Shown here: in pieces, positions 8,277 through 14,982 of the stretch
How the letters are laid out: every line of letters starts with the position of its first letter
Position numbering within the stretch: position 1 is the stretch's first letter
Assembly: GCF_035655035.1 (NCBI RefSeq)
Contig: NZ_DASRVN010000498.1
Location: forward strand, 1 to 24,000
Source: Kribbella sp.
GTDB lineage: Bacteria > Actinomycetota > Actinomycetes > Propionibacteriales > Kribbellaceae
Length of the DNA: 24,000 nt
Reading direction: 5' to 3'
Notes under the pieces: generated by a model
Database searches by the model: none
What the model was told of the DNA's origin: nothing
What the model saw: only the letters and a program-made list of their open reading frames with translations
Position numbers and translations under genes: made by a program

Positions 8277-9227
8277 TCAGTGAGCGGGGACGACGGGCTC
8301 GATCCCGGTCGGTTCGTGCAGCGCCAGGGCGACGGCACCGTGGAGGGAGGCGTCCTGGATGAACCGAGCGGCCAGGAGCTCCGGCGGGAAGGGCACGGCT
8401 CGAGCGAGCCGGTCTGCGACTGCGGGCAGGATCACGTCGGCGGAAGCCATCAAGCCGCCGCCGATCACGACCCGCTCGGGGTCGAGCAGGATCGCGATAT
8501 TGGCAATCGCGGCACCAAGCGTGTCGAGCGCCTGGGCGGTGAGTTTCCTGGCGGGCTTGTCGGTTCGCGCGAAGAGCTCGGCCGCGGTGACCGGAGCTCC
8601 GAGGACCTCGCTGGCCCGCACGCCGAGCGCCTTTCCACCGACGAGCTCCTCCAGCGGTGCCCGGCCGGCGACGACGTCGACAGGCGTGTCGCTGCCGACC
8701 GCGAAGTAGCCGATCTCGCCTGCTGCCTGGTGCGCACCGGTCAGCACCTCACCGGCGGTGGTGACCGCAGCCGCCACACCGGTCCCGAGGCTGACATAGA
8801 CGCCCGGATCGACGCCCTTCAGCGCACCGAAGCGCAACTCGGCGTACGCGCCCGCTTGGACGTCGTTGGCGACCGGCACGTCCGGTACGCCGAGGGCGGT
8901 CTGCAGACGGGCGGCGAGCGGGATCTGTTGCCAGCCCGGCAGGTTCGGGGCGAACAGGATCTCGTCCGGGCGGATCACGCCGGGACAGACCGCCGCGTAC
9001 CCGCCGACGGCGGTGCCGTGGCTGCGCTCGGACAACTCGGCCAGTGTTCCGACCGCGGCCACGATCCGCTCGAGCGCCTGTTCCGGACCAGCGGCGGCCC
9101 GGGTCTCGAGCCGGATCCGGTCGAGGATGCGGCCGGACCGGTCCGCGAGCGCGACCTCGATCTTGGTGCCGCCGATGTCGATCCCGACGACATGCCTCGA
9201 TTGGCGGAGTGGTGGGCTTGGCGTCAT
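8277..9227 (-). CDS. ROK family sugar-kinase-like protein (lacks the His/Cys zinc motif)
   Basis: 316 aa. It has the N-terminal ATP-binding motif VVGIDIGGTK, the catalytic-region motif VANDVQAGAYAE and the ROK glycine blocks SLGTGVAAA and AGEIGY. It has no N-terminal HTH, so it is kinase-type. The ATG at 9225-9227 is the only in-frame start upstream of the DIGGT motif. Confidence 0.85.
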   Translation of the reverse strand: MTPSPPLRQSRHVVGIDIGGTKIEVALADRSGRILDRIRLETRAAAGPEQALERIVAAVGTLAELSERSHGTAVGGYAAVCPGVIRPDEILFAPNLPGWQQIPLAARLQTALGVPDVPVANDVQAGAYAELRFGALKGVDPGVYVSLGTGVAAAVTTAGEVLTGAHQAAGEIGYFAVGSDTPVDVVAGRAPLEELVGGKALGVRASEVLGAPVTAAELFARTDKPARKLTAQALDTLGAAIANIAILLDPERVVIGGGLMASADVILPAVADRLARAVPFPPELLAARFIQDASLHGAVALALHEPTGIEPVVPAH

Positions 9228-9229
9228 AA

Positions 9230-9256
9230 TTAGGAGTCTTTAATAAAGAGTCCTAA
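9230..9256. promoter_or_regulatory. 27-bp near-perfect palindrome TTAGGAGTCTTTA-A-TAAAGAGTCCTAA, candidate operator in a divergent promoter region
   Basis: I hand-paired the arms and 12 of 13 arm positions are complementary; the single mismatch is G9236/G9250. It sits in the only AT-rich patch between the ROK kinase operon (start at 9227) and the ROK regulator gene (start at 9368). Confidence 0.55.
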
Positions 9257-9367
9257 GTTGTCAATCCCGAATCTCGCCGGAAGCCGTCCTCACTTCCGCG
9301 CGGGCGGGTGATGCCCGATCATGGACCGGCGGCGACCGGCCGCCGACCCGACCACCAAAGGTGCCAG

Positions 9368-10663
9368 ATGTCCCCGACCAAGACGCCGCCGCCGTCCAGG
9401 CTGAGGGCCGCAGTGGCGCCGTCGCTGCTTCGCGAGATGAACCAGCAGTTGCTGCTGGACCTGTTGTTCGGCACGGGTCCGGTGACCCGGCCGCAACTGG
9501 CGCGCGAGGCAGGCCTGTCCCAACCGACCGTGTTCGCAGCGTTGTCCGACCTGGAAAAGGGCGGCTTGGTGCGACCGGCCGGGCGGCCGGAGGTCAGTTC
9601 CGGTCGCCCGGCCGTGCTGTACGAGGCGAACCCGTCGGCCGGCTCCGTCGTGGGTGTGGATATCGGGCGGAACTGGTTGCACCTGGTGCTGGCCGATCTG
9701 TCCGGTAGGGAGCTCGCGCGGCTGGACGTACGCAACACGACGCACACATCGCGAACCCTGGTGGACCTGGTGCGCAAGTCGGTAGATCAGGTCACGGCTC
9801 GAGCAGACCTCGGAACGGGCGACGTCACGCACACGGTCGTCGGTTCCCCAGGTGTGCTCGACGCCCAGCGAGGGCAGGTCAAGTACGCGCGCAACCTCCC
9901 GGGCTGGCAACGGCCGGGGCTGGCTGAGGCGCTCGCGGACAAGCTCGGCGGAAGTCTCACCATCGACAACGACGCGAACCTGGCGGCATTGGGCGAGTAC
10001 ACCTTCGGCTCGGCCCGGCAGGCTCAGCAGTTCGCCTATCTGCACATCGGTACGGGTGTCGGGCTCGGCTTGGTGATCGACGGAAAGCTGTACCGAGGTT
10101 TCAGCGGATCGGCCGGCGAGGTCGGCTACCTTCCGATCCTCGGTGAGCCGACGGTCGCCGAACCCGAGTGGCCGCAGCGCGGGATGCTCGAGATGGCACT
10201 CGCCGCCGACGCGGTCGTCCGGTACGCGACCGACGCGGGGATGACCGGCGACATCCGGGCGGAGGACGTCTTCGTTGCTGCAGCCAACGGTGATCCGGCG
10301 GCGGCCGCGGCAGTGCTGACCGAGGCCAAGGTGCTGGCCAGGCTCGTGACCGGCATCTGCGCGTTCTTCGACCCCGAGCTGGTCGTGGTGGGTGGCGGCG
10401 TCGGGCAGAACTTTGCCCAGCTCGAGCCCGCGATGCGCGAGGAGATGACGCGCTTCGCGCCGATGCGGCCGCGGATGAGGGCCGGCGACCTCGGCGCGGA
10501 CGCGGTGGTCCGGGGGGCGATCGCGACGGGCATCCATGCGGCCCGCGAAATCGTCTTCACGCGGCACCTCGCGCGGACATCCTCCGGCGAGGACGAGACC
10601 ACCGACGCCGAGGCCGAGCGTCCGGCTACCGCAGACCGGTCGGGCGGGTCATCGCGAGCTTGA
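9368..10663 (+). CDS. ROK family transcriptional regulator (N-terminal winged HTH plus ROK sugar-binding domain)
   Basis: The HTH region is LLREMNQQLLLDLLFGTGPVTRPQLAREAGLSQPTVFAALSDLEKGGLV. The ROK core follows (VVGVDIGRN, IDNDANLAALGE, HIGTGVGLG, AGEVGY). I prefer the ATG at 9368 over the track's GTG at 9308, but the start is uncertain. The acidic, low-complexity C-terminal tail overlaps ddl by 38 nt. Confidence 0.85.
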   Translation: MSPTKTPPPSRLRAAVAPSLLREMNQQLLLDLLFGTGPVTRPQLAREAGLSQPTVFAALSDLEKGGLVRPAGRPEVSSGRPAVLYEANPSAGSVVGVDIGRNWLHLVLADLSGRELARLDVRNTTHTSRTLVDLVRKSVDQVTARADLGTGDVTHTVVGSPGVLDAQRGQVKYARNLPGWQRPGLAEALADKLGGSLTIDNDANLAALGEYTFGSARQAQQFAYLHIGTGVGLGLVIDGKLYRGFSGSAGEVGYLPILGEPTVAEPEWPQRGMLEMALAADAVVRYATDAGMTGDIRAEDVFVAAANGDPAAAAAVLTEAKVLARLVTGICAFFDPELVVVGGGVGQNFAQLEPAMREEMTRFAPMRPRMRAGDLGADAVVRGAIATGIHAAREIVFTRHLARTSSGEDETTDAEAERPATADRSGGSSRA

Positions 10664-11756
10664 GCAGGTGCTCGACCAGGCTCGCGTAGTCCTTGCCGGA
10701 GGCCGCCCACAGCCGCGGGAACATGCTCGTCGGGGTGAACCCGGGCATCGTGTTGATCTCGTTGATGACCACCCGGCCGTCGGCGTCCACGAAGAAGTCG
10801 ACCCGGGCCAGCCCCTCGGCCTCGATCGCGTCGAACGCGATCAGCGCCTTCGCACGGATCTCGGCCGCGAGCTCCGCGGGCAGCTCGGCCGGCACCGAGA
10901 GCGCCAGGTACTCCTCGCCCTCCGGCAGGTACTTGGTCTCGAAGTCGTAGAAGTCGTGCCCGCCGCCGGACACCGCGACCTCGCCGCACACGCTGACCTC
11001 CGGCTTGCCGCCGTCCAGCCCGCCGAGCACGCCGATCTCGATCTCCCGCGGATCCTTCGCCGAGGCCTCGACGATCACCTTCGGGTCGTGCGCGCGGGCC
11101 TCGACCATCGCGTCGTCGAGCTCGTCCAGGCTGTTCACCTTGGTGATCCCGAGGCTGGACCCGCCGCGGCACGGCTTCACGAACACCGGGTAGCCGAGCG
11201 CGTCGACGGCCGCCCGGCAGCCGGCCGGGTCCTGCCGCCAGTCCCGGTCCCGGATCACGACGTACGGCGTGACCTCGAGGCCGGCGGCCTGGAACACGAC
11301 CTTCATGTAGTGCTTGTCCATGCCGACCGCGCTGGCCAGTACGCCGGACCCGACGTACCGGATGTCCGACATCTCCAGCAGGCCCTGGATGGTGCCGTCC
11401 TCGCCCCACGGGCCGTGCAGCAGCGGGAACACCACGTCGACCTCGCCGAGCGTGCTCGGCACCTGGTCCGGCTCGCTGACCACGAGCTCGCGGTTCGCGC
11501 CGAACAGCACCGGCATCGCGGTGACGTCGACCTCGGGGAGCTTGCCGTCGGTGATCGACAGCCGCTCGGGATCGCCGCTCTCCAGGACCCAGTGCCCGCT
11601 GGTACTGATCCCGACCGGGACCACGTCGTACTTGTCCCGGTCGATGACCTGCAGGACGTTCGCCGCGGTCACGCAGGAGATGGCGTGCTCGCTCGACCGG
11701 CCACCGAACACGACGGCGACCCGGGGCTTGCGCTTGTCTTCCGAGTACTCACTCAC
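10626..11756 (-). CDS. ddl: D-alanine--D-alanine ligase
   Basis: 376 aa. The N-terminus KPRVAVVFGGRSSEHAISCVTAANVLQVIDRDKYDVVPVGIS closely resembles actinobacterial Ddl (for example the M. tuberculosis Ddl N-terminus, from memory). The ATP-grasp C-terminal blocks EINTMPGFT and SMFPRLW are present. GTG start at 11754-11756. Confidence 0.95.
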   Translation of the reverse strand: MSEYSEDKRKPRVAVVFGGRSSEHAISCVTAANVLQVIDRDKYDVVPVGISTSGHWVLESGDPERLSITDGKLPEVDVTAMPVLFGANRELVVSEPDQVPSTLGEVDVVFPLLHGPWGEDGTIQGLLEMSDIRYVGSGVLASAVGMDKHYMKVVFQAAGLEVTPYVVIRDRDWRQDPAGCRAAVDALGYPVFVKPCRGGSSLGITKVNSLDELDDAMVEARAHDPKVIVEASAKDPREIEIGVLGGLDGGKPEVSVCGEVAVSGGGHDFYDFETKYLPEGEEYLALSVPAELPAELAAEIRAKALIAFDAIEAEGLARVDFFVDADGRVVINEINTMPGFTPTSMFPRLWAASGKDYASLVEHLLKLAMTRPTGLR

Positions 11757-11814
11757 CGGCTCGACTGTAGCGGTCCGGAGATCGGGATCCGACCGGGGTT
11801 CGGTTAAGAAGTGT

Positions 11815-13020
11815 TCAGATCGGCGCGTCCCAGGTGACTGGCAACGCTGTCACTCCGTACACGAGCGTGTTCTCCCGGTAGCCGATCTCCTCGAACGGTA
11901 CGGCGAGCCGCAGCGTCGGGATCCGCGCGAACAACCGGGTGAACACCTCCTGCAGCTCGAGCCGCGCGAGCTGCTGCCCGATGCACTGGTGCGGCCCGAA
12001 CCCGAACGCGACGTGCGCCGCGGCGTCCCGCTCCAGGTCCAGCCGGTCCGGATCACCGAACACGCTCTCATCGCGGTTCGCCGACGACAGCGCGGCGATC
12101 AGGTAGTCGCCCCTGTCGATGGTCGACGATCCGATCGTCAACTCGTCGGTCACGTACCGGAACAGGCCGAAGTGCACCACGGACAGGTACCGCAGCAGTT
12201 CCTCGACCGCGCCCGGCACCTTCGCCGGATCGGTCCGGATCAGGTCGAGCTGCGCCGGGTTCCGCAGCAGCGCGAGCGTGCTGAGCGCGATCATGTTCGC
12301 GGTCGTCTCGTGGCCGGCGATCAGCAGCGAGATCCCGAGCGTCACCAGTTCCTCGAGGGTCAACGGCGTACCGAGCTCCGCACCGCGGGTGATCAGCCGG
12401 GACAGGATGTCGTCCTCGGGCTGTGCCTGCTTCGCGAGCACCAGACCGACGATGTACTGGTTCAGGTCGTCGCTGGCGCGCTGGAGGTCCTCGGTCCAGC
12501 CGTCCACCCGGACGAGCTGGGCGCTCCGCTCCTGGAACTCGTCGCGGTCCGCGTACGGCACGCCGAGCAGCTCGCAGATCACCAGCGACGGGATCGGTAG
12601 CGCGAACTCCTGCACCAGGTCGACCGGCCCGCCGGCCGCGAGTAACGCGTCGATCCGCTCGTCGACCATCGCCGCGACCCGGGGCCGGAGCGCCTCCATC
12701 CGCTTCACCGCGAACTCGGTCGCGAGCATCCGGCGCAGGCGTTTGTGCGCCGCGCCGTCGACCTGCAGGATCGAGCCCGACTCCACCTCCCGGTCCAGGT
12801 CCGCGTCCGGTACGACGTGATCGGACGGCGCCAGCCGCGAGCTCAGCCGGCTGTCCCGGAGCAGGGTGCGGACGTCGTCGTACCGGCTGATCACGTACGC
12901 GTCGACACCCGCCGGCGTGGACACCTTCGCGGGCGCCTCGCTCCGGCGGTACCCGGCGTACTCCGGGGCCGGATCGAACGGGCACCCAGACGGCCTACGG
13001 ACAGGAAAGCTCTCGGTCAT
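11815..13020 (-). CDS. Cytochrome P450 monooxygenase
   Basis: Heme-thiolate loop FGFGPHQCIGQQLA, I-helix LIAGHETTANM and K-helix EELLRY are present. I chose the ATG at 13018-13020 (MTESFPVRRP...) with GAGAGGG upstream. The track's longer start at 13080 would read into the tandem repeat. Confidence 0.9.
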   Translation of the reverse strand: MTESFPVRRPSGCPFDPAPEYAGYRRSEAPAKVSTPAGVDAYVISRYDDVRTLLRDSRLSSRLAPSDHVVPDADLDREVESGSILQVDGAAHKRLRRMLATEFAVKRMEALRPRVAAMVDERIDALLAAGGPVDLVQEFALPIPSLVICELLGVPYADRDEFQERSAQLVRVDGWTEDLQRASDDLNQYIVGLVLAKQAQPEDDILSRLITRGAELGTPLTLEELVTLGISLLIAGHETTANMIALSTLALLRNPAQLDLIRTDPAKVPGAVEELLRYLSVVHFGLFRYVTDELTIGSSTIDRGDYLIAALSSANRDESVFGDPDRLDLERDAAAHVAFGFGPHQCIGQQLARLELQEVFTRLFARIPTLRLAVPFEEIGYRENTLVYGVTALPVTWDAPI

Positions 13021-13040
13021 CGGCAGCCCTCTCGGATATC

Positions 13041-13151
13041 TCACCCAGCCCCGAGCGAAGCGAGAGTTCTTGGTTCCCACCCCAACCCCGAGCGAAGCGA
13101 GGGTTCTTGGTTCTCACCCCAGCTCCGAGCGAAGCGAGGGTTCTTGTATGT
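13041..13151. repeat. Three direct tandem copies of a 37-bp unit (core CCGAGCGAAGCGAGGGTTCTTGGTTC)
   Basis: The units are 13041-13077, 13078-13114 and 13115-13151. The invariant 14-mer CCGAGCGAAGCGAG starts at 13051, 13088 and 13125, an exact 37-nt period. Hand count gives 31/37 matches for unit 1 vs 2 and 32/37 for unit 2 vs 3. A further GGTTCTT occurs at 13156-13162. Confidence 0.85.
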
Positions 13152-13167
13152 TTTTGGTTCTTAAGTT

Positions 13168-13182
13168 TGGTAGTGACTACCA
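13168..13182. promoter_or_regulatory. Perfect 15-bp palindrome TGGTAGT-G-ACTACCA, candidate TetR operator
   Basis: All 7 arm pairs were checked by hand and are complementary. It lies in an AT-rich stretch 63 nt upstream of the TetR start. The size and symmetry fit typical TetR-family operators. Confidence 0.45.
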
Positions 13183-13244
13183 TATGGCGGACGCTTCCGA
13201 TTCGGAACAGCCTTCGGCGCGTCGGAGGCGGTAATCTGCCCGCC

Positions 13245-13883
13245 ATGGGACTGCGCGAGGTGAAGCGGGAGCGGACCCGCCGGCTGATCGCGGACAAGGC
13301 GTTCGAGCTGTTCTGCGACCACGGGTTCGGCCGCACCACGGTGGAGCAGATCGCGGCCGCGGCCGAGGTCGGCCCGAGCACGCTGTACCGGTACTTCCCG
13401 ACCAAGGAGACGCTGGTCCTGGAGTTCGTCGACGACTGCCTGGCCGACGCGGTCAGCTGGTTCCGCGACCAGCCCACGGTGGAGCCGCGCGACGGCCTGC
13501 GGACCGTGATCGAGCGCGTCCTCGAACAACTGGAGTCCAACCCCGACCGGGTCCGCGCGGTCTTCGACCTCGCCGAGCGGAACGGGTCGGTGAGCGCGCA
13601 CCTCAACGAGCTGATCTGGCGGTTCCGCAACGACCTCGCCGCGGCGCTGGTACGGCGCCTGCCCGGCGACCCGCTGCACGCGGAGTTCGTGGCGGCCCTG
13701 TCCGCCGGGATCACGATGAACGTCATCGAGAACGTCGTCCGCGTCTGGGTCGACACCCCACATGCCGTCAACGCCCAGTCGCTCGCCCACCAGGCCATGA
13801 CGCTCCTGGAAACCGGCGCCCTACCGCTCCCCGCCGCACAGCACGGCTCAGGTATCAGTGACAATTCGAGGCATGACTCCTGA
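13245..13883 (+). CDS. TetR family transcriptional regulator
   Basis: The N-terminal HTH is RERTRRLIADKAFELFCDHGFGRTTVEQIAAAAEVGPSTLYRYFPTKE. I chose the ATG at 13245 with GGAGG at 13224-13228. The track start at 13107 reads through the repeat and gives an implausible N-terminus. Confidence 0.9.
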   Translation: MGLREVKRERTRRLIADKAFELFCDHGFGRTTVEQIAAAAEVGPSTLYRYFPTKETLVLEFVDDCLADAVSWFRDQPTVEPRDGLRTVIERVLEQLESNPDRVRAVFDLAERNGSVSAHLNELIWRFRNDLAAALVRRLPGDPLHAEFVAALSAGITMNVIENVVRVWVDTPHAVNAQSLAHQAMTLLETGALPLPAAQHGSGISDNSRHDS

Positions 13884-14982
13884 CCTCGACCCGTCCACCG
13901 TTGTCGTTCACGCCGGGCGGCCGGAGCGGGTGCCGAATGCGCCCGTCGGGCCGTCACCCGTGTTCAGTTCGACGTACGTGGCCGGCGGGGATCGCGGGTA
14001 CGGGCGGTTCGGCAACGACGCCTGGACCGCGCTCGAGGACACCCTCGGGCAGCTCGAAGGCGGCCGGGCGCTGAGCTTCGCGTCCGGGATGGCAGCCGCC
14101 GCGGCGGTGATCGACCTGGTCCCGGTCGGCGGCCGCGTGGTGGCGCCGCAGCACGCGTACTCCGGCGTACTCGCGCTGCTCGACCAGCACGCCGAGACCG
14201 GCCGGCTCAGCGTGCAGCGGGCCGACATCGCGGACACCGAGGCGGTGAACCTCGACGGCGCCGACCTGCTGTGGATCGAGTCGCCGACCAACCCGGCCAT
14301 GGAGGTCGCGGACATTCCCGCCCTCGCGGCGGCCGCGCACGCCGCCGGGGCGAAGGTCGTCGTCGACAACACGTTCGCCACTCCCCTGCTGCAGCAGCCG
14401 TTGCGGCTCGGCGCCGACGTGGTGATGCACTCGGCCACCAAGTTCATCGCCGGCCACTCGGACGTGATCCTCGGCGCGGTGGTCACCGCCGACGACGACC
14501 TGTGGTCCGCGATCGAGCTGCGGCGTCGCAGCCTGGGCGCGATCGCCGGGTCGATGGACGCCTGGCTCGCGCTCCGCGGCCTGCGCACGCTCGCGCTCCG
14601 GCTCGACCGCGCGCAGTCGAACGCGGCGTACCTGGCCGAGCGCCTGCTGCGGCACCCGCGGGTCAGCCGGGTCCGGTACCCAGGCCTGCCCGACGACCCG
14701 GGGCACGCCCGGGCCGCGGCCCAGATGTCCGGCTTCGGCGCGATCCTCGCGATCGAACTCGGCGGCGACGCCACCGCAGCCCAGAAGGTCTGTGAGAGCA
14801 CGAAGCTGTGGGTGCACGCGACGAGCCTCGGCGGCGTCGAGTCCCTCCTCGAACGCCGCCGCCGCTGGCCGATCGAGGTCCCCACCATCCCCGACGACCT
14901 GATCCGCCTGTCCGTCGGCATCGAGCACCCCGCCGACCTCTGGACCGACCTCGAGCAGGCCCTCAGTTCTTCTTCGCGTTGA
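13873..14982 (+). CDS. Cys/Met-metabolism PLP-dependent enzyme (cystathionine gamma-synthase/gamma-lyase family)
   Basis: The PLP-lysine motif HSATKFIAGHSDVILG and the family-typical blocks SGMAAA and VVDNTFATP are present. The ATG at 13873 overlaps the TetR stop (13881-13883) by 11 nt. An alternative GTG lies at 13858. Confidence 0.9.
   Translation: MTPDLDPSTVVVHAGRPERVPNAPVGPSPVFSSTYVAGGDRGYGRFGNDAWTALEDTLGQLEGGRALSFASGMAAAAAVIDLVPVGGRVVAPQHAYSGVLALLDQHAETGRLSVQRADIADTEAVNLDGADLLWIESPTNPAMEVADIPALAAAAHAAGAKVVVDNTFATPLLQQPLRLGADVVMHSATKFIAGHSDVILGAVVTADDDLWSAIELRRRSLGAIAGSMDAWLALRGLRTLALRLDRAQSNAAYLAERLLRHPRVSRVRYPGLPDDPGHARAAAQMSGFGAILAIELGGDATAAQKVCESTKLWVHATSLGGVESLLERRRRWPIEVPTIPDDLIRLSVGIEHPADLWTDLEQALSSSSR

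Noticed and set aside
7062-9233. 723-aa plus-strand ORF
   Set aside because: It is antisense to the M20 and ROK kinase genes, both of which carry canonical catalytic motifs. It has shadow-ORF composition.
9327-9345. 7-bp GC stem-loop (CGGCGGC-GACCG-GCCGCCG) upstream of the preferred ROK regulator start
   Set aside because: It could lie in the 5' UTR or inside the coding region if the GTG at 9308 is the real start. There are no associated conserved features. It is noted only as a caveat on the start-codon choice.
13021-13244. Track starts that extend the P450 (to 13080) and TetR (from 13107) through the tandem repeat, giving repeated peptide PSEARVLGSHP-like strings
   Set aside because: The repeated peptide is a by-product of translating the 37-bp DNA repeat. 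Because 37 is not a multiple of 3, the frame changes between units. Both proteins have normal family N-termini from the downstream ATGs (13020 and 13245), each with an SD-like sequence.
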